A stretch of 63,468 nucleotides of DNA, the filler included, from Octopus bimaculoides (lineage: Eukaryota), in the NCBI RefSeq assembly GCF_001194135.2. It is 4 parts of 4 records of this genome, joined end to end, with 100 filler letters (N's around TTAATTAATTAA, not from the genome) between each part and the next. Parts side by side here need not be neighbours in the genome. Positions count along the whole stretch, not along the records: positions 1 to 13,824 come from NC_069002.1; positions 13,925 to 25,096 come from NC_068986.1; 2 more parts are not named here. One strand, given 5' to 3'. A model generated the notes under the pieces. It saw nothing but the letters and a program-made list of their open reading frames with translations, searched no databases and was not told the DNA's origin. A program made the translations under genes and the position numbers. This document shows positions 11,495 to 24,225 of the stretch, one piece after another; the stretch's first letter is position 1; each line of letters begins with the position of its first letter.

Positions 11495-12075
11495 ATACAT
11501 TTCTTTCCATTTACTTGTTTCAGTCATTTGGGTGCGGCTATGCTGGAGCACCATCTTTTAGTTGAACAAATCGAACTCAGGACATATTCTTTGTAAGTTT
11601 GGTACTTATTCTGTCGGTCTCTTTTGTACGCACACACATACACACACACACACACATTCCGACCTACGTACCTACCTGCCTGCCTACCTTCCCGCCTACC
11701 TACCTACCCATCTACATACATGCATAGATACATACATACATACATACATACATTCATGCACGCACACAAGCACACACACACAGACACACACACGCACACA
11801 CATTCCGACCTACGTACCTACCTGCCTGCCTACCTTCCCACCTACCTACCTACCCATCTACATACATGCATAGATACATACATACATACATACATTCATG
11901 CACGCGCACAAACACACACACACAGACACACACACAGACACACACACACACACACGCACACACATACATACCATAGGCTTCTGCTCAGTTTCCGTCTACC
12001 GAAATTCACACAAAAGGTGTTTGACAGGCTGGAACTCCAAGAGAAGACACTTGCCCAAGGTGCTGCGCATTAGAA
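11495..12075 (-). mobile_element. SINE family C, near full length with expanded/duplicated microsatellite middle
   Basis: 3' part acttgtttcagtcatttg..tgcggc.atgctggagcacc at 11513-11630; 5' part cagtttccgtctacc.aaatt..caca...aagacacttgcccaaggtg at 11985-12075. Confidence 0.85.
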
Positions 12076-12469
12076 CTGAACACGAAAGCTTTTAATGAAA
12101 TATTTCATAATTTCATTTTCTATTCTCTATTCTAGATACCTTGCGAGGTACATCAATATTTTATAAATTTATCTACCTGTCATTTAATAGAAAGCTGGCG
12201 GGAGGCGAACGGGACTGAAATTGTTGCTATTCCTGGCAATGAACTCACATTCTGATATCACCTTATTTAAATGTATCTGCTGGTGCTGTCCAGAAAGATT
12301 TGTTATCATTTTATTTGACAAGAGGACACAAATCATTGACTGATCAGGCATACGTGGTGCCCAAACTCTTAAAACCCATGAGTGCATGGGTCATAGTTGA
12401 CAGAGATATATAAATGAAGCACTAAGATAATAAGAGGTTGATTCTGAGACGTCTTCAGTCTGGTTATCA

Positions 12470-12791
12470 GGCACTCCGTCGCTTACGACGACGAGGGTTC
12501 CAAGTTAATCGGATCAACGGAACACCCTGCGCGTGATATTTAAAGTGCAAGTGGCTGAGCATTCCACAGTCATGTGTACACTTAATGTAGTTCTCATGAA
12601 GATTCAACATAACACAGAATGTGACAACGCTGGCCCTTTGAAATACAGATACTACTCATTTTTGTCAGCTGAGTAACAGGAGCGACGTGAAATAAAGTGT
12701 CTTGCTCAAGGACACAATGCGCCACCGGAATTCGAACTCAAGATCATACGATCGTGAGTCGAATATCCTAACTACTAAGCCACGAGCCTTC
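12470..12791 (-). mobile_element. tRNA-derived CORE-type SINE family B (head B1)
   Basis: Minus-strand tRNA-like head, CORE-like gtgtccttgagcaagacactt, and tail ...gttccgttgatccgatt..aacc ctcgtcgtcgtaagcgacggagtgcc; matches 59721-60041. Confidence 0.85.
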
Positions 12792-13489
12792 ACAGTCTGG
12801 TTATAAGGCCATCTCATAAACGCATTTTGAATCGTCAGCAAATTTGCCGGTATCATAAAAATTGACATAGAAGGGATTTCGTTAATTAATGTTTAGTGAG
12901 AAGACGTCTATTAAAGCACCTCAACTACCAAGTCCAATATACAGTATATTTTCTTTTGCACCAGCCATTAAATTTTGCTATAATCTATGCGTATTTTTTA
13001 ACCATTTATAGATGCAGGCACGTATATATGTATGTATGTAAATGTATATGTAAGTATATTTTGCGGGGGTATTTGTTTTGCAAGATTGTTGATTTGAAAT
13101 CGTATGTTTGAACAGATGTTGTTGCATTCTGGAAGAATCACTTTGCAAAGATACACCACGCGCATGCGCGTGCACAAACACGCACGCACGCACATAATAC
13201 AAACACACACACACATGCACACACAATACAAACGCAAAACATATATTTATATGCCTTTTATTAAAACTGAGTCCAACAAAAGCTGTTTTGTTTGGTTCAA
13301 GAACACAGAGAGAGAGAGACAGAGAGAAAGAGAAAGAGAGAGAGAGAAATGACATGGAGTCAGTAACACAAAGAGAGAGGTGGGGAGAGGGAGAGTAAGA
13401 GAGGTATATATACGTACATGAATATGTGTAAATGTGTGTGTGTGTGTGTCTATGTGTGTGTGTATGCGTATTCGTTCGTTACCTTTCGT

Positions 13490-13795
13490 AGGTTGCAAGT
13501 TAAATCTCGTGTAGTAAGAATGGCGTTCGTTTTGTGGTGGTTCTTAGTCAAGGAGTAAAGGAAGCTGATGAGAAAATCAATGATGGAGTGTTTGTTACGT
13601 GGAATGGAAGAAGGCGAGGTCGACAGCGAGGAAGGAGTTGGTTCAGAGGGGAGGGGGATGATGGCAAGGAGGGTGGAGGATGGGTTAGGAGTGGATGAAG
13701 TAGCAGAGGGTAAAGAGAACGAAAGTGATAGAAAAGGCGGAAAGGATTGGAGATCCGAAAGAGAGGCTGACAGAGAAGTAAAGATATAGAAAGCA
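13490..13795 (-). mobile_element. Possible retroelement ORF remnant (Ser/Pro-rich), unassigned
   Basis: 116-aa open frame compositionally like the flank of the Penelope RT at 24900-25096; no diagnostic motif. Confidence 0.25.
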
Positions 13796-15158
13796 AACAT
13801 GTATATATATATATATATATATATNNNNNNNNNNNNNNNNNNNNNNNNNNNNNNNNNNNNNNNNNNNNTTAATTAATTAANNNNNNNNNNNNNNNNNNNN
13901 NNNNNNNNNNNNNNNNNNNNNNNNGGGGGGGAGAAATGTAAGATCCAGGGTCGAGGTGCAGGAAGAATGTGAGCTTCAAACAATCCATAAAACATATAAA
14001 AGACAACTTTCAGGAAAAAGAGTGGATTATTGGTGCGCAAGGTTGTGATTTTCTCTCATATCGAAATACGATCAGCTGAGAAAAGTTATATATAGTTCAC
14101 GGTTGGCAGTCGCGTTTGCAGGGTATGCTAATAAAAATCCAAAAGTTAAGGGATGGACTAGATAGAATCCGGGCAACATATGTTTCATAGCGAGCGAAAC
14201 CCCGGAAGTAATAAATATCCAAGCGAGGTGTATACCGCAGGCTCCTCCTCATGCAATGCATATCTTAATTATCTGATATTTAATTTGTTGTTAACGCGCC
14301 GATGATTCGACCAGAATTTGATTGAATCCTCCGTGTGTTAACATGGGCTTCCTAACTATATACATGCATCGTAGACGTATACATACATATACTTCTCATT
14401 CAACTTACTCTCGGAGCATTAAGATCTACGATTTTAGATTAGAGTCTTTATATATGAAATTTTGAAGCAGATAGAATATCAAATCTGTTGGATCTATTAG
14501 AAACTATAGTGATTAATACTCTCATATTACTCACGGTGCTCTTACAGTACTTATTATGATACTTGCATTTAGCGTTCTACATTGATTAGTATAAAACTTA
14601 ATGAGATAGATATATATATCTATATGCATATATATCTATATATATACATGTATATATATATCTATATACATATATGCATACATTAATATATATATATATA
14701 TATATANNNNNNNNNNNNNNNNNNNNNNNNNNNNNNNNNNNNNNNNNNNNNNNNNNNNNNNNNNNNNNNNNNNNNNNNNNNNNNNNNNNNNNNNNNNNNN
14801 NNNNNNNNNNNNNNNNNNNNNNNNNNNNNNNNNNNNNNNNNNNNNNNNNNNNNNNNNNNNNNNNNNNNNNNNNNNNNNNNNNNNNNNNNNNNNNNNNNNN
14901 NNNNNNNNNNNNNNNNNNNNNNNNNNNNNNNNNNNNNNNNNNNNNNNNNNNNNNNNNNNNNNNNNNNNNNNNNNNNNNNNNNNNNNNNNNNNNNNNNNNN
15001 NNNNNNNNNNNNNNNNNNNNNNNNNNNNNNNNNNNNNNNNNNNNNNNNNNNNNNNNNNNNNNNNNNNNNNNNNNNNNNNNNNNNNNNNNNNNNNNNNNNN
15101 NNNNNNNNNNNNNNNNNNNNNNNNNNNNNNNNNNNNNNNNNNNNNNNNNNNNNNNNNN

Positions 15159-15215
<57 letters not shown>

Positions 15216-15689
15216 TTGCTTCATTGATAGTCTATCAGTTAGCATGCAAGTGTTTGCATACACAGTATGTAGTCATAAAACCCTGTGACGTACTGATTTG
15301 TTTACTTTCAACGCGTGGTTAAACTTCGGAACTATGCAGCTTGAATGATTTCAATGAGTTTCTATTTAAACGAGAACAGAAAACAAATAGGTATATGCGT
15401 AGCAACAGCTACTAAATTTTCGTTTCTGAAAACTTTCCTCTTCATTTCTTTTTACTCTTACCTGGTTCTCCCGGTTTTCATATCCTCGCCTTCAATGATC
15501 CTCTCTCTCTCTATCGAATGAGGAGACAAGGAAATACAACACTTGAAAGGAATATAAATTAGAGAAAGTAGATTAATAACATCGGTGACCTGTAGTTTAA
15601 TTCATTTTAATACATTAGTAATAGTGCGGTGTGTATACTTATATACACTCACGTACATATACATGCACACATACATATATACGTATTAT

Positions 15690-16002
15690 ATACAACGGGA
15701 TCAATGTGAAAGAAGAAAAAATAAACAACTATGACGATTTGAAGTGGGAAATACGAATGTTGTGGTCAATAGAGAAAGTAGACGTGATACCAATAGTAAT
15801 TGGTGCACTTGGATACATCAGCACTCAACAACCAGCATCGCTGAAAAAGATTGGTGCCAGTGTGAAGGTAGAATACCTACAAAAATCAGCATTACTTCGA
15901 ACTGCAAGAATTCTTCACGGGGTTCTTGAAGCATGACCAGTAAACAAGTGTCACCTTAGTCTGACACTTGCCATCATACCAAGCAAAATAAGCTGAGTTT
16001 TC

Positions 16003-16003
<1 letters not shown>
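15690..16003 (+). mobile_element. R4/Dong-like LINE 3' end, 5'-truncated, followed by (TAA)n
   Basis: KEEKINNYDDLKWEIRMLW...VIPIVIGALG...LQKSALLRTARILHGVLEA* is a typical R4/Dong C-terminus. Confidence 0.85.
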
Positions 16004-16046
<43 letters not shown>

Positions 16047-16077
16047 GTAATAATAATAATGATAATAATAATAATAA

Positions 16078-16107
<30 letters not shown>

Positions 16108-16108
<1 letters not shown>

Positions 16109-16298
16109 TTCAAATTTTTTCCACAAGGGCAGCTTGGGGAGAGGATTAAGTCGATTACATCGATCCCAGTGCGTAACTGGTACTTGTTTAATCGCCCCCA
16201 AAGGATGAAAGGTGAGGTCGACCTCAGCGGAATTTGAACTCACAATGTAGCGATGGGCAATATACCGCTAAGCATTTCGCCCGGAACGCTAACGATAA
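16108..16298 (-). mobile_element. SINE family A (tail type 2)
   Basis: gtcgattacatcgatcccagtgcgtaactggtactt...ggatgaaagg..aggtcgacctc.gcggaatttgaactca. Confidence 0.9.
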
Positions 16299-16672
16299 CG
16301 TTGGCACTCCGTCGCTTACGACGTCGAGGGTTCCAGTTGATCAGATCAACGGAACAGCCTGCTCGTGAAATTAACGTGCAAGTGGCTGAGCACTCCACAG
16401 ACACGTGTACCCTTAAAGTAGTTCTCGGGGATATTCAGCGTGACACAGTGTGACAAGGCTGACCCTTTGAATTACAGACACAACAGAAACAGGAAGTAAG
16501 AGAAAGTTGTGGTGAAAGAGTACAGGAGGGTTCGCCACCATCCCCTGTCGGAGTTTCGTGGGGCTTTAGGAGTTTTCGCTCAATAAACATTCACAACGCC
16601 CGGTCTGGGAATCGAAACCGCGATCCAATGACCGCGAGTCCGCTGCCCAAACCACTGGGCCATTGCGCCTTC
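16299..16672 (-). mobile_element. SINE family B (head B2), full length, with 13-bp TSD
   Basis: Minus-strand tRNA-like head gaaggcgcaatggcccagtgg...gtttcgattccc; same 3' tail as 12470-12650; TSD ACGCTAACGATAA at 16286-16298 and 16673-16685. Confidence 0.9.
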
Positions 16673-16681
16673 ACGCTAACG

Positions 16682-16712
<31 letters not shown>

Positions 16713-17736
16713 CAACAACAACAACAACAAAGGCTTCAAATTTTGGAACAGTATCAGCAGTTTTAGGGGCAGATTAGTCGGTTCCATCGACCAGTACTTT
16801 TAACTCACAACGTAAATAATCACTACAAATACAATTATCAACATAATAACGATGCTTATTATACTGAGTATTGCATCATATTCGCCACCATCATTAGTAT
16901 TAACATCGTGAACATAATTATAAATATTGTAACGATCATCAACGTAACACCATTTGTAACATTTGTAGTATTTCTGTAAAAACGTCCCCCGTCCTGCATC
17001 ACCATTAGTAACACAGCTATCACTAAACATCAGTTATTCGTAATTGGGGCGAAAACACTATTCGTAAGATATACAAAATGATATTCTGGCATTAGTTTTA
17101 TCTAAATTAATGATGTTGTTGACACCAAACTAGCGACAACTGAGTTTTACCAAAATTTTTTTCCGTTCACTGAAACCCTATAACTGACATTTAATTGGAA
17201 AATGATTGTACACTTCCATCGACTGTACAGTATCTAATAGCTGCAAAATTTTCCTGTAATAGCTGACACTTGAATGAGAAGTCGTTGTCGATTTTCAAAT
17301 AAGAGCTGTCATTGGACGATTGATAATACCTTTAATGGATATTTAATCTTTAGTTCGACAATTGTTGTTTTGCTCCACTGGTTTCTGAAACTGGATTGGT
17401 GATTAAAAGGACCATGGATACTTGAATGAACAAATTTTGATTTTTTCGATTCTCCTCTGAATCAGATTTTTATTTCTTTTATTGTAAAGTTTTGACTTAT
17501 TCAGATAAACAAAAGCAGTGAGAGTATCTTCTGTTTGTTACTGTTACTTTTTTAAGAGTTTCAAGACAGATGGGAGAATGGAGGAACTCGAGCCCTGGTT
17601 CAAATTTCGAATACAATCTGACCACGGGAAAAATGCATTCAAGGGTAACTGATGGAGTTAAAATGGATCTTAATGAATTCTACCAACCAAGAGCAGGTGG
17701 AGTCCAACCAACGGGATTGAATTTTGTGTAGTTTCT

Positions 17737-17968
17737 TATTTTTTAATTCCCCCCAAGGAGCTAAACATAGAGGGGACAAACAAGGACAGACAAACGGATT
17801 AAGTCGATTACATCGACCCCAGTGCGTAACTGCTACTTAATTTATCGACCCCGAAAGAATGAAAGGCAAAGTCGACCTCGGCGGAATTTAAACTCAGAAC
17901 GTAGCGGCAGACGAAATACCAGTAAGCATTTCGCCCGGCGTGCTAACGTTTCTGCCAGCTCGCCACCT
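17737..17968 (-). mobile_element. SINE family A (tail type 1), young full-length copy
   Basis: Near-identical reverse complement of 60513-60746. Confidence 0.92.
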
Positions 17969-18189
17969 TTATTTTGTATAGTTTCTGTTTCGTTTATTTT
18001 GTATAGTTTCTGTCTGTCATCTTTCTTAAATCACAGAAGAACTGATATGTGAGAAAGTTGTAAAATAAGCTCTGCCAAGAAGGATGTATTGCAATGATTC
18101 TAGTTAGGGCCCATCTTAGATGAGATATCTAGTTCCTACATGGAATACAAGAACTCACTTCTCCTGAGGATTCTTCCACGTTTATCTTT

Positions 18190-18370
18190 TATTTACTTCT
18201 TCGGTCATTAGAATACGGCTTGTCGTGGCACCACCCTGAATGCTTAAGTCGAACAAATCGCCCCAGTACTTATTATTTCCTAAGTCTTGTACCTACACTA
18301 TCGGTTGTTTTTGCCTAACCTCTGAGAATTACGAAGATGTAAACAAACCAGCACTAGTAGTCAAACAGTG
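18190..18370 (-). mobile_element. SINE family C, degenerate 3' half
   Basis: ggcaccaccctgaa...agtcgaacaaatcgccccc.agtactt...ctatcggt..ttttgcc.aacc. Confidence 0.7.
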
Positions 18371-18377
18371 TGTGTGT

Positions 18378-18503
<126 letters not shown>

Positions 18504-18624
18504 ATGTTGAATTATATTTCGTCCTTTTATTTTGGAGGGTTCCAAAAGACGATTTCTAATAAAGGTTCTTTATATTTTGCTGGTAGTTTACTGGCGTAAG
18601 TTTGCGAATATGAAAATAACACTT

Positions 18625-19232
18625 GTATATGGTGTGTTATGTGAATTTATGGAAAGGAATCCCATAGAACTCAACAAATTTGTTAAAAATGGAGACGAGA
18701 TGTTAAAATTTGAAAGAATTTTAATGCATGCATGCGATCGTTTCAAACAGTAATATTAAAACAAGCAAATTAATAATAGTATGATTTAATTAATTTGATT
18801 AAATTAAATTAAATATATACCACTGTTCTCCTCAGTGCAAGAAGTATAAACAGAAAATTATTACAGAGGACTTGATACAGGAAATAGTAAAGAATAATTT
18901 CGGATATACATATTTATCTTAATGAAAATTACGAGCAGCATAATAAAGGATGTAAGTCTAGTTATGTATAAACTAAAACTAAGGCAACTAACGGTTATTT
19001 TAAAATATGCCTTGCACTGGGGAGAACGGTGATATATAATTAGTTTAATTTAATCAAATTAATTAAATTATTCTGCCATGAATTTTCATATTTTAATACC
19101 ACTGTTTAAAACTATTGTATGCATGAGTTAAAATTCTTTCAAAATTTAACATCTCCTCTTCTCCATTTTTAACAAATTTGTTGAGTTCTATGGGATACTT
19201 TTTCATAAATTCACATCACACACGCTACATAT
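18625..19232. mobile_element. Foldback/MITE-like element with about 215-bp imperfect inverted arms
   Basis: cccatagaactcaacaaatttgttaaaaatggaga (18661) vs tctccatttttaacaaatttgttgagttctatggg (about 19160-19194); ttctcctcagtgcaag vs cttgcactggggagaa; spacer about 170 bp. Confidence 0.85.
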
Positions 19233-19329
19233 ATATATATTTGTATCCGAAGAAGAAGCAAAAAAAAACACTCCACAGTGCCGCTAAAATCATCAAAGCT
19301 GGTATTATTGCCCACTTAGTTGGCTAAGA

Positions 19330-19620
19330 GAACCTCTAAAATAAAAATAGGGGAGGTTGCACCAGAGATTGATGTCGTGTGAGTGGCAGCGGCTGTCCTG
19401 TTGTACCTAAAAATAAAATATCTATTCTGCAAGTCACCAAGCCACATCAACAAAACTGGTAGGCCACGGCCTGGAAATCCTGATCCAGACAACCTAACTA
19501 GACCTGGAAGACATACCGGACCTGATGAAACAGCACTACGCATCATGGTGAAGGGATGTAGATCCCGATGCTACAAATGTGGTTATTGAAGGGCCATATC
19601 AGCAATGGGTCCCCCTACAC
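19330..19620 (+). mobile_element. L1/Tx1-like ORF1 remnant with degenerate CCHC knuckle
   Basis: ...DETALRIMVKGCRSRCYKCGY-(frameshift)-GHISNGSP is a decayed CX2CX4HX4C. Confidence 0.45.
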
Positions 19621-20288
19621 CTAACGATCATACACAGCCTGAAACTTCAACTTCGAAAGGTCATGCCTAACAAACTCGAGTAACATTATGATCTAGCTAA
19701 ATCTCCTTCAGATCACAGCCTACCATTTTTAGGAATCAATACGTTAGGTAAGGTGGTGTTGATGTCTCTACATAATTGGTATAGAAAGGTAAGATATTTA
19801 CAGCTGAAACACATTTGATTATAAGTCTGCTCGATCAGTATTGACTAGTGGTTAAACGACAATTACAACAACCGAGATTAAGTAAACTACAAATATAATT
19901 ATTGTTATTTACTTGTATTGATTCTAAGAAGATGAAAAAGAAAAAGATTCGGGGGCAATAATAAGTAACACACAAAAGAACTAACACGATGCTGCAAAGT
20001 ATTGTGTCTTTCAGCTGATCTACTGATTCTGCCAATCTAGCACTTTATCATTCTTAATGATATAAACATAGTCTTACAGAGTAATGTCCCCCCTACTACA
20101 TACTATCCGACCCTCTTCTTATTCCCCTCTATCTATAACTCCTCCTACACGAGAAATTACTTGGAAACGCGAAATCACTGGTTTCATTCCTATATGTAAA
20201 TCATTATGCATTGCTCAATAGCTGAAATAAGTAACTCGTAATAGAACATGCATTATTATTCTTATTCATATTCTTCTTTTTATCATCA

Positions 20289-20356
<68 letters not shown>

Positions 20357-20815
20357 ATTATCATTATTGTTATTAGATTTTTGGAAATTATCCAATGCAC
20401 CCTTTCCCGTTCGTTATTGGAATATTGGATCCACGCACAGTAAGCTATCAGCCGAGACACTTCGCGTCTCTCCAACTGAATTCGCTCATTCTATACTTTA
20501 GATTCTATCGATAAACTGCAAGCACAAGGGTTTTTACTGAAATCAATTTTCACAATTTAATATAATTAGTTGATATCATATAGCTATGCTTATATTTGAT
20601 ATGAAAAAGGCTTTGTATTTATTTTATAGATTTTCAATATGGTATTATTCACTTTGGTGTATGACATATACGTGCAGATACGATATATAGTGGTGTGTGT
20701 GTATGTGTGTGTAAATGTGTGCGTCTGTGCCTGTGTGTGCATAACTTTGCACACAAAATTATGAATGTCCAATTATTATTAAACATTGATAATATAGGTG
20801 TGTGTGTACATATGA

Positions 20816-20879
<64 letters not shown>

Positions 20880-23859
20880 CTTATATATACATATGGCATC
20901 TTCGAATACACATTGCGACATACATTCATACGTATATGTACACACATACTTTTGTAAAAATACACATACAGGCATAGCCGTACACGTTTATACATACATA
21001 CATACATACATACGCGATATAGAATATACATTTCGAAAGAAACATATGCAAAACAAAAGCCACAAAGTATAACTTCAAATATTGAAACCCAATACAACCA
21101 CGAGAATTTGAAGCATAATCCAAGTAAAAATATAACAAATTGCGATATCACAGAAATGTATGATTATTATTTTGAAATCGCTTTCTTTCTTCTCCTTTCT
21201 CATATCTCCTTCTACCGTCAACCGCTCTTCAAAAGGTGTCAGTATCTGCAGCTGCATAAAGTATTGATTCGAGAACAGAAAATGTCTACTGCTCATACTT
21301 CAGTGATAAACCAGCAACTGACGTAGGAGATTACAGTACGTTTTGATGTTTTGACATTGCTTTCTGACAAAAGCAGTGACCTCTGTTTTGTAGAGTAGGT
21401 TTATGGTCATTAAAATCAAAACCAGTGTTGTTAGTCAATTCATCTGCACGTGAGATGTGAGCGGTAAAGTAAACGTAAGAAAACTTCAAACTAAGAACAT
21501 ATGTGAACGAAACAATCGAGAAACATGGAAAGGAGTAAGGGAAACAGTAACAGCTATAGAAAACTGACAAGTTCGGTTTTGATTTTTATGTAGTGAGTTC
21601 AATTCTCTTGCGACGAGGAACCAGGGTCTGTTATAGACTAACATTACGGAAACGTTCTGTTCTATTCTATATGTATTTTTTGTAAGAGAAACGGATGAGT
21701 TTTAGTCAGTGGCACATGCTAACTTCTCATATAAATCAACGTTCCGATAACAACAGAACAGACAATTTCATCTTTTGCTTGGTTAGCAATATGAATGTTA
21801 TTCTCTATGAACACAAGCTCATTCACCAGATAACGACTTGAATCTTATGTGGTCACACGATCTGCCAGAAATAGCAACTAAATTCCCTTAAATCATACCA
21901 TACCGTCTTATTAAAGTATAATGTAATCAGCGAAAATAAGAAAATCGTGGCATTTGTAGAGGCTAAACAAAGAGAGTAAGACACAATGTATATTGTAGTC
22001 CAGGGTATATTTGATCTGGAAAAGTGATGATTCATATTTGGCTGGCATGCTTGGTCAGCATCGAATTTGAGTACAAACTAAATTCAGCACAATTCAATAT
22101 AAACACCTTGAAACAGAGAGTTAAGCTCCCTATAAGATGACCCCCTTATGTGATTTCAACCCCCGTTTGAAAAGTAGTCCGTTTATTTTGCACCTAAGAA
22201 ACGTATGAATATCATAAGATATCATTTCCTATAACATAAATCACAGAATTTTGCTTGTCTTTAGTCAAACAGAAATATTTGCAATTGATTATAATCAGAA
22301 ACTAGCTCAGTGTGAATAGCACAACAGTTATACAAGGATATCTCTGTACATGAGTTTTCTTGTAAACTTATTATAAGTATTAATATTTATATTCATATTT
22401 ATGAATATTTATAAATGTTTAAATACTTTTAAATGTCTTTGTTTTAAGGTACAAATATGAGATTCATATCATAAACATATCTAAGAACTAATTCATAAAT
22501 ATTTATATATGTGTTTGTATATATGTGTCAATTTGTGTATGAGTTTTAATGCAATTGTTTGTGTGCGGCGCTCGTGTGTGCGTGACGTTCGGGTGCGCTT
22601 ATGTATATGAAGTAATCAGTGATACAGATATCTTCAGAGATAAGGTGTTAGCTTTCTTCTGTCTTTGATACACGTTAGTTGAAAATCAAAAGCAAATCAC
22701 AATGTAATAACAGAGAATTGAATAAAATATACGAAAGGTTACGTACAAATATAGAAATATTTGTTTTATCGATAAGAAGAGAGAGCGATAAATACGTTTC
22801 GCCAGCTGAACAAGATGCTTTGAAACTTTTAAGTTCACCGATGTATATTCAAATATGAATTACAATTAGCTCGAGGAATATAAATAATATCGAACACACA
22901 TACACAAGGTATGTGTTTTGCTATTTCTTGGATAGGCTGCGCTTATAGGCATAAAAGCATATATTCTAATCAATTTGCAGGTGTTAAAACACCTGCAAGT
23001 CATAGACAAGCGACATAATTCGCATCTGGTCCAATTCAGGAGCGATAGACTTCGAAGTTTCGTCATTTTTGTGGCTTGGCAATACCACGTAGCTGAAACG
23101 AGGCCAGCTGTAAGCTAAATTACTGTCTATGACTATATGGAGAATAGTGTGAAAACTATCTGCTGGTATGTGCCAACATTTCATTCCACGGAAAAATTCA
23201 AATTCGGGTGTGTATGTATGTGTTACAAATTTTCTGTCTTCTTTACTATTATACACGTATTGTTTTGGTTTTATTTTTTATTCCGGCTGAGTAAGAGAAC
23301 AACAGCATCCTTAGCCATTTACAAGCCCTCCAAGTTTGCTAGAGGGGAGGTAGAAACAATGACACCTTGCTTGTTATAGTAGGATTACAGCGTTCTCATC
23401 AGATGGGAGATTTGACATGAATGCTTGCAACAGAACGGAGTCAGCAAGTAGGACGCCAAAGGGTCCAGTCGTGGCGATAATCAGAGATTAATTCTACAGC
23501 TCGAGAATAAATAAGGACGATCTTCTACACATTTTCAGCCAACTCAGTTTCACTCACAATTCTTGAGTAGAGCCGAATAGAACCGATCAAAGATACTTAA
23601 ACACGATATCGTACAGTAGAAGCAAAACAGAAATTCCGTGGTAAAAGGCTAATTTCATCATCATACAACTATAGTTGGGTTTCACTGACTTTATCAAGCC
23701 TTCGGGCGTATGTTACTCCGCTTTTATGGAATATCTACAGGGATTTCTACACTTTTTTAATGTTTTGCCTATAGAAATTATAAAAAACAATGTTGCTCAT
23801 TTGTAACCCACTTCTTGAAATCTAAATACGAGTACATTTTGACACCTATACTTCACAAG

Positions 23860-23985
23860 TACCTAATTTATCGATCCAGTAAGGCTAAAATGAAAGTTCG
23901 ACTTCATAGGATATGAATTGTGAATGTAAAGAACTGTAGTAAATACCACAAAACATTTTGTCTCAAGCTCCAGCGATTCTGCCAA
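23860..23985 (-). mobile_element. Old degenerate SINE family A copy
   Basis: agtacctaatttatcgatcc...gaaagttcgactt...gcgattctgcca. Confidence 0.55.
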
Positions 23986-24225
23986 ACAATGATTTCTAAT
24001 AGCAACACAGGGGGAAGACATATTGTACAATAGCGAACCCCGGTACTTTACTGGTTCTCTGTTTTAACTAACTCTTCGAGACTGTATGGCAAAGTTAACC
24101 TTGGGGCGGAGTTAATTACAGCAATGTATTTTGTCCATTGTTAATCATTCAAACATTGGGTTACATTAGAAATTGGGACTAAACTTATTCTAGTATAAAG
24201 TTTGGTTTCTTTACATCAGGAATTC

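Noticed and set aside
12145-12156. Possible 12-nt microexon (ctattctag|ATACCTTGCGAG|gtacat)
   Set aside because: Such signals arise frequently by chance in AT-rich DNA and cannot be supported without RNA data.
13869-13880. TTAATTAATTAA islands centred in N runs (also 25141-25152 and 48957-48968)
   Set aside because: Identical 12-mer with stops in all six frames, flanked by 44 N on each side (100 bp total): an artificial scaffolding spacer, not biology.
17560-17720. Open reading stretch MGEWRNSSPGSNFEYNLTTGKM... after a weak acceptor
   Set aside because: No recognised homology, ends in a stop without a donor; insufficient support.
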